Positions 1 to 12,800 of a DNA stretch of 64,000 nucleotides are shown here, in pieces. The translations under genes were made by a program, and so were the position numbers. A model generated the notes under the pieces. That model had not been told where the DNA came from and searched no databases. It saw nothing but the letters and a program-made list of their open reading frames with translations. Origin of the DNA: Chrysomallon squamiferum (lineage: Eukaryota; Animalia; Mollusca); assembly GCA_012295275.1 (NCBI GenBank), contig CM022672.1, positions 19,964,001-20,028,000 on the forward strand, given 5' to 3'. Numbering within the stretch: position 1 is the first letter of the stretch; each line of letters begins with the position of its first letter.

Positions 1-385
1 CTGACTGTTGATTCCAAATTAAAAATGATAACAAAACAAATATATGTTTAAAAAAAAATCTTTCACAATTTTCAAACACCAATTTTATTCTCCCAAATGA
101 ATAAATGTGGAGAAAAGAAGGAAATGTGTATGTGTGTGTATGTATGTATGTATGTATGCGTGTATGTGTATAAAGTGTGTATCTGTGTATGTAAATATAT
201 TTACATACAAAAGTTATTCCCATGTTATTTAATAAATTAACTTTAGATGATTCAGTGGAACTACTGTTAAAAACCTATCTACCAGAACATTAATAATAAA
301 CTAAAAAAAAGAAAGAATTTTATGTAAGTTTCGTACAACAAAGCTTTAAACGCATGTGACATTGTGATCTATGTGAATGACATAC

Positions 386-1598
386 TCTGTTATCCTTGTG
401 TCCAGGTTACCAATCCACAGTCGATAGTCATTCTCATCATTTGTGTCTGGAGTGGGAGGTACTGGAATGGAGCGACCTGGCTCCAGCACTGTAAACACAA
501 AAGTTTTTTTTTTTTTTTAAAGTATGCAATAAAAGCACAGATTTGTTTTATTAAACTGTTGGTAGACTGCATAAACAATTTGATGTAAACCACACGTCAT
601 TAAACTACATAAGACTTTCACTTCTGTTTGTCCAGCCTGATCATTTGGATGTGACAAGTGTAAGAATGACATCAGACCAAGCAGTAAAATATGGAATTCT
701 TATCAAACCATAAAACCGCACATTCTAAATGAAAAACAAGGAGCGGCTGTGTTGCCATGCACACTCAGAAAATATCTGAAACTATGTCAGGTCATGACAG
801 TGAAGGATAAAACATTCAAGAGGAATCATACCAAAATAAATAACAAAAATAATAATGAAAAAGAGAATCTAAAATCACAAACTGTTTCACAAAACAAAAA
901 AATAATGCATTTATTACTTCATTTTCTTCTCCTCCTGAAATGCATAAAGCCATTTCTATTCTGTTCATAAATATATAGTAATCTAATAAATACACTAATG
1001 GCAAGAAAAAATAACCAGAATTATAATAAAAGAAAAAACCCAGTTAAAACTGTAATTCACATTATATATCAATCAGCAACTGCCAGTGATGATAAAATGT
1101 TTTATAAAGACAGAATAAGGATGAAATGATTATTTTTGGTTTTCATTTTAACAATGAAAATAAAATAACTGGTCAAAAGAAAAAAAACTTAATGAATTCT
1201 AATAAGACATTTTAAAAGATTACTAATGTGAAATCTCCATTATGCATTTTTAACAATATAAAAGATAACCTAAACCATATTCATTAATGACTCTCAACAT
1301 GGGTCATGGGTCACTGACAAATTAAATGAAAGAATTTAAAAAAAATTATGTCTGAATCTATGAATTATGATGCCAGTCCTTTTTTTCTTTCAAAACCAAA
1401 TTTCCTCAAGAATAAATTTTAATATATTAAAATTCAGTATAAAACAGATTCTTTTAAAATTCTTAAAACAAGTTCTCTATGAAATGAAATTTTTCCATCA
1501 CATTTTTTCTTTCAAATATTTCTTGCAGTGTTCACACTAAGGTGCATCATCCTTCTTCAGGATAAATGGCTGGGTCAAGTACGTATGACCGATGCCAT
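386..1598 (-). CDS. RBM18: Probable RNA-binding protein 18 (RRM), 5' exons only; gene continues off the left edge
   Basis: Exon 488..386 (ttacag|TG...GA|gtatgt) encodes LEPGRSIPVPPTPDTNDENDYRLWIGNLDTRITE, matching the RBM18 RNP2 motif RLWIGNLDxxITE. A candidate 22-nt start exon 1604..1583 (ccttctctcttctag|CACCTCATGGCATCGGTCATAC|gtactt) supplies an in-phase ATG at 1598; this exon is less certain. Confidence 0.8.
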
Positions 1599-3018
1599 GA
1601 GGTGCTAGAAGAGAGAAGGAAATCAGTACAAACTGTGCTCAGTGACATGCATCAGGAAACTTCGTACTTAACTGATTAGACAGTTCAAGTGGTAAGCAGA
1701 GGACTATATTTGGCAATGCAAATACCACAAGAGAGATTGTTGCTACTTGGAATAGTTTCATATTTATAAATCTCAAATTAGTTAAACCTTGTATATCAAA
1801 TGGTGAATAAATGAAAAATAAAAGTTTTTTTTAATACAGAAATTTTATTTGTTCTTTCTTTAAGCTGCTTATTCAAAGGAAGCTTAAATCTTTAATTATG
1901 ATCTCCATTGTTAATCTGTTTATATCATTTTTATACTTAAATGTAGATGTAATAATTAAATGCAGGCATTCTCAAATTAATATCAATATGCTGAAAAATC
2001 CATATTACAAAGTGAAAATAAATAAAACAGTCAGTAAAAAAGAAAATATAAAATTTACTTATGATGAATATACGTAAGTACTACTACAACACTGAAAATT
2101 CATTAATACTGATGCTCAAAAAAAAAAAAAAAAAAAAAATTGAATCCATTAATTAATTTAAAATTTAAAATCTACTATATCTCTGTAAATAATATTAATT
2201 TTATCTAAGTACATAGTTACACCCATATCATGACAAATAATAACTTGACACCATTTTAAAGCACACTATACTATTTCCCTAAATTCCACTGCTTACACAT
2301 CCAACAAATGTAATTATTCATACATACATCAAAATATTTAACGATGAAAATACTCACAGCCTGTCTAAGCAAAACAAACAACACAAAAAGCTTTATTAAC
2401 TTTATTAAGCATAAATAAATAGGAAATTCTAGCAATGACAATATGTTGTTGTTACTTATTTGTGATTATTATGATTTATTTTTTGTTTAAGCTTATTACA
2501 GAGTTGTGATTATCTATACTGCCTCCACCGTCAGATCCCCAACATCACAGCAAAATAAATAATAAAGATAACAATCCCAAAACATATTAATCCAAAATGG
2601 ATGCCGTTTAAAAAAGCCATTTTCAAAACTTTACTAAGCTTAAATCAAGAAATGGATTTCTGAACTCAGTAATCAGTAAAATGTCATTAAGAGCAGCACT
2701 GTTAAAATCAAATTATCTACCAAATTTTGACAATGTTTTATATCATTGAGCATTTATGCAACTCAGAAAAAAAAAATATATATATATAATTAAGCTCTTA
2801 AGTCTACAGTTAAAATATTTCTTTCATTTGCATTTATTATTAAATATGCAATTTTATCAAATATTGTTAATTATTCACTATTATAAAATATACTGACAGA
2901 AAAAAAAAAAAAAAAAAAAAATTACCTGAAATTAGTATCAACAACTGAACAAGCACATTATAATATTAAAAATATCAGATCAGTTCTAAGTAATATGGCT
3001 GCATGCTTTATGGATTGT

Positions 3019-3639
3019 TTAAGAATGTTTGATAGGAATGACTTTTTCTGTTTTGTCCTCAATGGCAGGGAGAGGAGCCTCAATGGACAGCAGTCCTTCA
3101 TAACTGAGTTTAGAAAGCAGAGATTCTGGATTGACCTGATCTGGAAGCAGATACTGTCGATGATATTCACGGAAGCTTGATTTGTTTTCTCCTTTGTCTT
3201 CATGTCGAGCATGAACAGAGAGCATCCGGCCATCAGTTTTGACTGTGATTTCTTCAGGTTTGAACTGTCTCACATCAAACTGAAGTCGGAATTTTTTCCC
3301 ACTTCCATCCTGCACAATTGGATTATCCAAAAGATAATTTTCTCGCATTCGCCACGAATCTGGGTTGGAATCAAATGGCATAATGTGCTGCATATGAGAG
3401 AATACTCTATTGATTTCTTCCTTCATTTTTTTCATTTCTTTGTCCATCGTGTGCAGAGAGCTGGGTGGATCGTAAGGAACCATTGACAGATTGGAATCTC
3501 TGGACCACCAATCCAGATCATGGATTCCAGAACGGAAATTGGAATCTCGCATTTCTCTGTCCATCATTCTGAGCTGACGTTCTGGATTGAAGGAATCCAT
3601 GTCCCAGCCTTGTCTTACCCAAGATGGGGAGCATTCCAT
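3019..3639 (-). CDS. Small heat-shock protein (HSP20/alpha-crystallin domain), single coding exon; true start may be 3668
   Basis: 206-aa ORF with the alpha-crystallin domain FRLQFDVRQFKPEEITVK...HARHE...REYHRQYLLP...LSYEGLLSIEAP and a C-terminal IPI motif. Confidence 0.93.
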   Translation of the reverse strand: MECSPSWVRQGWDMDSFNPERQLRMMDREMRDSNFRSGIHDLDWWSRDSNLSMVPYDPPSSLHTMDKEMKKMKEEINRVFSHMQHIMPFDSNPDSWRMRENYLLDNPIVQDGSGKKFRLQFDVRQFKPEEITVKTDGRMLSVHARHEDKGENKSSFREYHRQYLLPDQVNPESLLSKLSYEGLLSIEAPLPAIEDKTEKVIPIKHS

Positions 3640-3910
3640 GAAATGGGCACTTGGCGAACAAGAGACATCTTTAAAATCTTTTCACAAAACTGTTATCTAA
3701 AGAAATTCCCAAATGAGATAAACACAAATAATTTATACAGTGGGTTTCTTTTGTTTTTGTTCTTTTTATGGCTTTGTTTATCTTGTAAAGAAAATAGTGA
3801 AACCTTACTCTGTTAAATGTAACTGTCTTGTTAGAAAATTAAATCTTAACTCCTGACTACTTCCCAGTTTCAGTGTTTGATTCTGTGAGAAGCCTGTTTG
3901 ATGTGCAGGT

Positions 3911-3917
3911 ATTTATA
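3911..3917 (-). promoter_or_regulatory. TATA box of the sHSP gene
   Basis: TATAAAT on the minus strand about 245 nt upstream of the ATG. A possible 5'UTR intron 3808..3697 (GTAAGG...ttctttAG) lies between. Confidence 0.45.
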
Positions 3918-5343
3918 CTTGTAGTTACTAGGCTTGGCTTCTTTTCGTCAGAAACATCTTGTACTGAGCCATCACATAACTATTAAATGAGATAAAATGA
4001 ATCTTCTTCTGTTAAAAGTTTGACCTTGGTTCCTCACTAGAAAGGCCCTAAAGAGGCCAATGATATTCATGTCTAATGCAAAAAAAAAAAAAAAACTTTT
4101 GTATGTGAAAACTTAAATTTTAATTTAACAAGTTGTATTTTTCCAGCCAATTACTACTGTTATTAATTTCTACTTTAAAGCAGATGCAAATGTAAAAGGT
4201 ATATTTTTAGTTGAAAATACTGTAAAACAATTTTAATACATACATAATGAACAATATACTGATACATAAAACTTTATCGTAATTGGATACATTTATATAA
4301 AAAAAGAAAAGTTTGAAAATTAAAAATCATTATTATTACGATTATAATTAATAACAGTAATAATACATGACTTTAAGCAACATACTACAGTAGCAAATTA
4401 TATTACGAGTAACAGGATTTCACAACCATCCTTTACCAGTATTTAAATCTAACCTTTGAAAGTAATTGTAAAATGTGAATAGAACTTCAACAGTATCTCT
4501 GTAACAGAACCACCAACTCGGATTTTTCATAGATTGGCATGAACAGCAATCATAAAAAATAAGCACAGTAATTTATTAAAATGAAACCTCCACACTGATC
4601 AGTATTTTTAATCATAAATTTATCACAGGAAAGTGAAAACAGATATGTTAAAATTAAGCTTTCATTACTTTATTTTATCAACCTTTCTGAGAAAAACAAT
4701 TAAAAATTGCAAATATTTGTTTTAGCTCACTTGTTTTCTAAATCACCCAGAAAAGGCCTCCAAAAATTGTGGTAACAGTATCAAATACACAGTGGAAAGG
4801 ACATCAAAGCATATAAATAAGTTGAAAAACTTGTTTAATCTGCACAAAACCCATGTACAACATTTTTCTTTCTGTACAGTGAGCACTGAAGATTTTACTT
4901 GAAGATTTCACATCACAAAAAAAAAAAAAAAAAAAAAATTAAGATTAAAATTAAAAGGTTAACAGAAGCACATACACAAGTTAGTACAAACGTACATATA
5001 CATCCAGGCATTCAAACACAAATACATGCACAGACACAAATGTTAGTAAACAGGCTAGCCCACATATAAATTAATAAGGCTGTCATCTTGACACAGGACT
5101 TTTGGGGTTGTAGAGAAAAAAAAAAAGTCCAGACTGTCAAATGAAAGTGAAGAAAATATAATTTTATCAGATTTTTAATATAACTTTAATTTTATCAGGA
5201 ATCCCTGAAAAACATAGTGACATTATCATGATTATAAATACACTGTCAGTTTAACAGAAAAGTTGAAGTTTTTGTTGATTATTATTATTTTTTTTTTTTT
5301 TTTTCTAGCTCTTAAAGCATATTTTTTCATTTGTTTATTATTC

Positions 5344-5346
<3 letters not shown>

Positions 5347-5401
<55 letters not shown>
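5347..5401. repeat. (CT)n microsatellite
   Basis: Uninterrupted CT run. Confidence 0.95.
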
Positions 5402-5403
<2 letters not shown>

Positions 5404-6232
5404 AAATTGCTATCATCAGAAATGAGCAACATGTTCTTATTTAAACTAAAATATAAATGCAATATTGTTAATCAGATAGTTAATGGAGAGGTAACCAAAT
5501 AGTCAGAGTGATGCAATATTAAACGTAACAATGATATATGTTTAAATGCATTTCGGGACTAATGACTTCAGATTTTAACATTCAGAAAAATGTGCTTTTT
5601 AGTTATAGTTCTGTCGTGAGACGACTCAATGTAATAAAATCAAACATTTAAAAATACTAATAATAAACAACCGTTGTTAACTTACTTTCAATCACATCGA
5701 ATATGCCTTTTTCAATAAAGAAAGAATTTAAAGTTAAAACTGAAGAAAAAAAAAGAAAAGAAAAGAAATAAAATGAAATATTGTTTACAACATTACTGTA
5801 TACCGAAGGGAGATAATTCACATATCAAAATGTTTGACTACTGTTTCACACCCTTTTACCGATTGCCCCATCTTATTATCGTCCATTACCAAGATACATA
5901 ATATTTTACTTCAGGTGATTATTTACTTTGAAAATATACTACATAATTATAGTGTACAAACAGAACAGGTTGTTTTTTTATCACCAACTTCGCGAATATA
6001 GAAGTCTTTCCTTTTTTCTTTCTCCAGTTTTCGAAGGACTCCAGGGGCAGGACAAACTGTATTTATTTGCATTATATAACAACTGCAATACAGAAAGTCC
6101 GCAGTTACAAATACTTATCGTTATCGTAAATGCTAAATGATGATAGCGTCTAATTAACAACAGATACATATAAATTTTATTAAAACAATTCAATGTCGTT
6201 TAAAAATCAGAATCAAAGTATATCATTTAAAT

Positions 6233-6263
<31 letters not shown>

Positions 6264-6719
6264 ATGTGTATATGTGTGTGTGTATGTGTGTGTGTTTTTC
6301 AAGAGATTTAATACTTTTAGCTCTGTATAGATATTATTATTATTATTATTATTATTATTATGTCATCTCAGAAACTGAGTAGATTTTAAAGAGATAATTA
6401 TTTTCTGGTAAGTATATATCAGTAATAGTTTCCTTTTGTCCTTTAGATGATAGAAACGTTAACACAAAATACGTCCCATCAAAACAGTTATTGGATAGAA
6501 ATTGGCCTATCTGTAATTAAGTCGTCCGACATTTCCCGAATGAGAATATCAGAGGCCGAGATACACCGAATGCTACCAACAAATACTAGTTATATTGTTA
6601 TGCATCCAAAATATATAATGTAATCAGAAAAGATATTTAATGTTTAAAAGTATTGCAAATATACTTGCCCTTAGTAAAATAATTATTAATACTATCCAAC
6701 ATACAAAAGTCTCGTAATC

Positions 6720-6751
6720 CCGGAAGTGCGCGTGATTCAGTGTCGGCCATT
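6720..6751. promoter_or_regulatory. Housekeeping-type promoter core: ETS/GABP motif CCGGAAGTG and YY1-like CGGCCATT
   Basis: Motifs lie in a locally CpG-rich patch about 100-125 nt upstream of the F-BAR ATG. Confidence 0.55.
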
Positions 6752-6844
6752 ATTGATCAACGAAAGAAGGAAATAGGTTCAGAAATAGTAAAAGATTAAT
6801 TTTGTTTATTAGCTTGTATTTTGCTGAATTGCACCTATGCAGTC

Positions 6845-9800
6845 ATGAGCTGGGGACAAGAGTTGTGGGTAAGATTATTCAACATAACGCATTTTTTTCG
6901 AGTTTTTGCATTGTACTGAAGAATGTTTTGATCGTGACAGGTCAGACCAATCCTCTGTCAGACTTATCTCTGTCTGCCCCACTGTCACTATGATAAATAA
7001 CTAAAAATTAAAATAACAAGCATGTTTTAGATTAATAGATATAATATATAAATATATCCACTTATAAATATATAATCTTTTTAAATATTTTTTTAGTAGA
7101 ACCCTTACTTTTCTGATGTGAAATGCTTACTTTTGAATCATTAATGAACAAAATCTAATAAATATTACGAATTAACTTATTAAATAACAAATTATTTATT
7201 CACAGTTTTTACCGTCCGGAAAGGAAGGCTGTCTTTGTTTGATTAATTTAAATATATTTTACTTACTGTCACCCTTCTTTCAAACTGATAAAATAAGTCA
7301 TGTGTTGGTTTAACTGCTTGTTTGCACATCTTATTTAAATTAAGTTGGCGAGTAGACAGAAAACTCAAGGTTCTTCCTTTGGACTATTTTACATTTCAGC
7401 CTGAAAACCTCTGGCTGATCCTTATAAATAACAATAACATCTGAATTATATTTAATATAATTATGATAAATATGATTATTTCTTCTGATACAATTAAATT
7501 TTATATATCCAGTGATTGAATATTGATATATGTTATTAAACTTTTAGTAGCATCCTGTGCCAGTAATTGTAATAATGCCCTGATTCATAAAAAAATTTGA
7601 TCTCTATCTGGAATTAGTATGTATTATACTGGTTTCATAATACTTATTTTCAATTGTGTTTCACACACTCACACACAATTATATATATATATAGGCCCTA
7701 TAACTTAATAGGTTAATACAAAATTGTAATCAGAATCATTTTTGTTCTATTCTAATTTTCAACAGTTTTCCTTATAATAAATGTTTTTATAATCTAAACT
7801 CTGTAGAAAATGAATGAAAAGCATTATATTTTAATACAAATATTTGCTTATATGCATTATCACTGAAGATTTCAAGTAGTTGCTTAATTGTAATGTATCT
7901 CAAATTACACTAAATATTTCATTGCTGTTATATAATCAACAATAGCTGTTGTGATTTTTTCTTAAAAAGTATTTGATTTATCATGTTAATTTTTTTAATT
8001 TTATTTTTTTAATCAATTTAAAGAAAAAGAAAAATATGATAATTTTACTCACATTTTCAGTACTGTTCACATAACTGAAATTGAACAGTATTAAAGAGTA
8101 TTCAAATCCATTGCTAAATATAAATTAAGATGCTTTAGTCAGTTATATTGAGATGCTGCAGAAAACATACAATTCACCAATGTTAGATTAGTTTATAATA
8201 TCCCTTAAAATTACTTTGATTTTCATTCATTTTAATTCATCATATACACATAGATAAATCTAGTGGAAATTGTGTGTATAAAACATTACTATGGTAATTA
8301 ATATTTTTTATTTGTTTATATTTGAAATTAATGTCGAAATACATTTAGCATTAATGTTATTCGATAACAGTTTGTCCCTAGTTTTAATTTTTAAATATGT
8401 TTTCATAACATTAATAAACTAATCATACATACCAGCATTTGTGGACTTCTAAAATCAAGAACTAACACTTATCATATCTTTGCATTTATTAATGTCTTAA
8501 AAGTAGTTAGTATGGACTAATGACAAAAATGGACACGTTATTATGACATTATAAGCAGGATGTTCACATTGCTTTCCCTCAGCCTAAGGCATATAACTGT
8601 GTATATTTCACACTGAATGTGAAATGCCATCATGTGTCAGTGTATTTAGCTTTTATGTACAAGTGTACCTGCAACCTAATTTGAGAAAGTTTGCTTTGGT
8701 GGACTGATTACACAAGTTCGTGTGTGAACTGTTGTAATTGGACATCCATCTCCATTAGAAGCTATGCAGCATTTGCAGGTGGCTGTCTCACTAAAAGCTG
8801 GAGTAATGAAGGACCAGCCAAATTTTACACTTTCAGAGCTGAAAGCTAATTTGACTGGTACTTCTGTATCTAAATGGGTATTTGTTTAATTTTTATTTAA
8901 CTATATTCTTATTTTTTTATTATTATTTCACAGACTCTTAGAGTCTAACTTTTGATTACATAATAATATCTTGTCAAACTGAAATTTGTTTTGCTGATTG
9001 TGGTCAGGTACAATATAAAGTTTTAATCTTAAAACATTGTATTTTATTATTAATCAGATATCAAACATGCAGGTTTTGTAAATAATGAAATATGAAATCC
9101 ACTGTTGTAACATCCAAATCTTCTTTTATTAGCATCTAAGGTATTTTTGATTGTATTGATATTAGTCATGGAAGATTAGCTGAAGTGGAAAATGGTATCT
9201 AATTTTATAATTATTTGCAATAAAATAAAACCAGAGGTTTTTCATCTACAAATTGTGTCAATTTGATGGGTCTGAATATTTTTGTATGCTGTTGATGTTT
9301 CACACTACCACATATTTAAATTCCAAATTGCAGTTGGTTTTAATTTTAAATAAAAATTAAGTTATAAATAATTAGAGAAATATGTTTATATTAAGGTTTT
9401 CTTTATAAGATTAAAGACATTATTAAATATTTATGCTAATAATAATACAAATAGATACTGTAGTGTACCTGAACATTTGTCTGTTTCTTTACAGCAGCAC
9501 CAAAATAAAAAAACAAAAATAATCATTAATGATTGTTTAGATATAAATTAATAAGTACGAATAATTCTAAAACTTTGGAAGTAAAAAATACAGAGCTACA
9601 GATGAAGAATTCTTTAATGACTTTATTGTTTTCAAGTTTTCTTTTTCTGTATATTTATTTCCTATATTTAGGCATTTTCCTTTCTTGATCTGACATTAAT
9701 ATATTATTTTCCAGGACCAGTATGATAACGTCGGTCAGCACACAGAAAAGGGTATTTTATTTTGTGAGAAATTCACTCACTTCCTGAAAGAACGCTGCAC

Positions 9801-12800
9801 AATTGAACAAGAGTATGCAAGAAATCTCAAGTGAGTAAACACTTTCTTCTTATCAATTGTAGTCCAATTTGGTAGATAATTAATAAAGATATGGAATGAA
9901 ACAAAATAAATGTGGATGTGTTATCATGTGATAGGTTGTTGGTAGGGGCAGTTAAACACACCATAATTTTTTTTAATTTTTTCCCAGATTTTCTTTCTGA
10001 ATATTTTATTTTATTTTATTTTATTTTATTTTTTTCATTTAATAGTAAAAAAAAGATCAAGAGTACTTTTTTTTAGTATTATTTACTATTATTTATATTT
10101 TTTTAATTATTATTTGTGATTATTGAAGATTGACACTAATTATGTTGCCAATCTGTTATGAATGAAGGTCAGGTGAGGTAAAAAAAAATAGGACAATTAA
10201 TGCAGACTCCTGTTGTTTAATGTCAAACTGTTTTGTTTTTCAGTTTGTTTTCTCATTAAAAAACAAAAACTTAAAAGTAAAATAAACAAAGATGAAATTT
10301 GATTCTGTTAATTCTTTAATCTGATTAGTAACTTAAAAATGTATTTAGTTTTACACTAGTTTTACATTATTTGTTTTTCCTTTAAAATCTGACTTTACCA
10401 CATTAGTTTTTTCCCTTCTTTGTAATACATGTCATAATTTGTTGATTACAAATCAAATACTTCCTTAGTGGTCATTGATAGTTGTTAGAATTATTTCACA
10501 GTGTCATATTTTATATTATTATTATTAGTTCAAACAATTGGAAACTTGATATGATGTACTTCCTTCACATGAAATTATAATAGATTATGAATCAAGGTGT
10601 TGTTTAGAACTGATATGCATTTTATTCTTTTTTATATTTATATTTTTTATTTTTAAATTGAAATGTATTCATTTTGTACTAGACATTTATTACTATATAA
10701 TTATTTGATATATGTCAGCAATGTCATTATAATTTATAATATAAAACTTAAAACTGAAGTCAACATTTTTATAGTTCTTGGGAACATTTATTTCTTTAAA
10801 TTCATGATCTTAATGATCCATCAATTTTTATTTATTTTTTTGTTTATTTTTAAAGATATTTATAAAACAATACTGAACAAATATTTTGTTAGATGGTCAT
10901 TGTTTTTTCTTTTTTCCTTTTCTTTATTTTTTTTATTTTTTATTTGACATTTGTAAAAGAGAAAAACTTGTTTTATTTTCTTCATGTTTGCACTAGAAAA
11001 TTATTAACATTTGGTGTAGCAACATTTGAGGTTTACATGTACATTTGAGATGAATGTGTTGATAAAGCAATCCCAGGCAGGTGGGCTTTGTTTGTAGCAC
11101 ACACAGGACTTGTGCCAGGTCACTGGTAAGGTGATATTTGACTGGCTGTACACTTGAAAAGTGACACTAATTATGTGGCCAATCTGTTGTTATAAAAGCA
11201 GGTCAGATGAGGTGAAAAAATAGGACAGTTAATGCAGACCCCTGTTGTTGAACATCAGATTGTTTTGATTTTCAGTTTGGTTGTTTTCTTGTTAAAATAA
11301 AACACCCTCCAAAAAAAAACCAACAACTAGAAATTAATTCTTTATCTGATTGTGCTAGTTATTTTCCTTTTCATCATGTATGTTTGTGTGCGAGTTACCA
11401 GCATAAAAAATTTACTGAACATTTTTAATTAATTTCTGTACATACTTTAATGTAATTTAATTAAATATGTTGTTTACATTTGTTTTCACATTTGTACTTG
11501 TTTTAAATAATAACTAGAAAAATAGTAAGATAAAATTTTTATGTTAGTATAAAAAGTCATTTTTAATAATTACATGAGCTTTTATTTTTAAATAATTGGG
11601 TACAAGAGAATACTAAAGATACATGTTAATTGTTATGGCATTATTTGAAACTTCCATACAAGTGCAACACAACCCAAATTGTTATAAAATTTACTCACAT
11701 TGTTTTATTGGTTCTTGTATGTTATAAAACTTTCTGTGTGTTTAAAATTTTTGTTTAATGAGTATGAGCTGCAGCGTATGTGTATCAGTTTCAACAATTA
11801 ACATAACTTTTGGAAGTAATAGGTGTTCCTTGAATTGTTTGAACATGCCCATCTTGACTTTATCATTTTCTTCAACTCTTTGTTATGCAGATATTTGAAA
11901 TATGTCTGTTTGATTTACCTCTTGAAGATGAAACCTCTTGGGAACATATTTTTCAGTCCTGTGGCTTTATTACTTAAAACTGTTTAACATACCAAAAACA
12001 GGAAGAGTAATTTATCCACATACTTTTTGAAACCTGAGTTTGGGAATTGTGTTATTTTCTCCTATGGTGTGCTTATTTAGTTTCATTAAATGTTTTGTTG
12101 AAAGACTCAACTTTCTTATTGTTGTTGTTGGCTGTTGTCCATCTATTGTATAAGATGGATTTACTTAGCTGTATGGACACCATCTGTAGATTATAAGTGG
12201 TTGTGACATAGTCTATTTATCTGTGTAAAGTTTACACAACTGTTTAAACAAAACATAATGCAGGCTAAAAACCAATGGGTTTTGTATGTTTGTTATTGTT
12301 TATATTATGTGTACACATTAATACATTTACATAATAGTGATTTCCAATGCTAGTAAGAACTAAAATAAATCTACAGATTTTAATTTAATGAAATATTTTA
12401 TGAGAATATACATTTATTTTCATTTCTTCCCATTTCTGAGATTTTTAAACAAATTTTAAATAATAAATATAGAACTTTTTTGTTATTAAACTCAGAGACA
12501 AAGGCAGAATTACAATGAGTTGTTTATTAGATATAAATCTTCAGTTATGTTTGTAAAACAATTAATTTTATCCATGCAGCACCTGTAGAAAAGCCATTGT
12601 AATTTGTATTATGAAAAATATGTGATTAAATTAAAATAAAGTCATAAAATTTGTAACTGAGATATTAATTAATATATATAGTTATTTCCTTAATGATAAT
12701 ATTGCATGCATTTTAAACCATCTCTGTAATTTATTGCACACTGCTAACTAACTTCTCCACCATTTAGGGATATTTTGTTTCCAAAAATATTTAAAAAAAC

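Noticed and set aside
2358-2364. 7-nt minus-strand microexon candidate (ttag|ACAGGCT|gtgagta)
   Set aside because: The donor is strong, but the upstream T/G tract follows two AATAAA motifs and is equally explained as the sHSP polyadenylation element; unresolved without transcripts.
3998-4007. Heat-shock element upstream of the sHSP
   Set aside because: Only two nGAAn units (GAAtcTTC) are present; a functional HSE normally needs three, so chance is likely.
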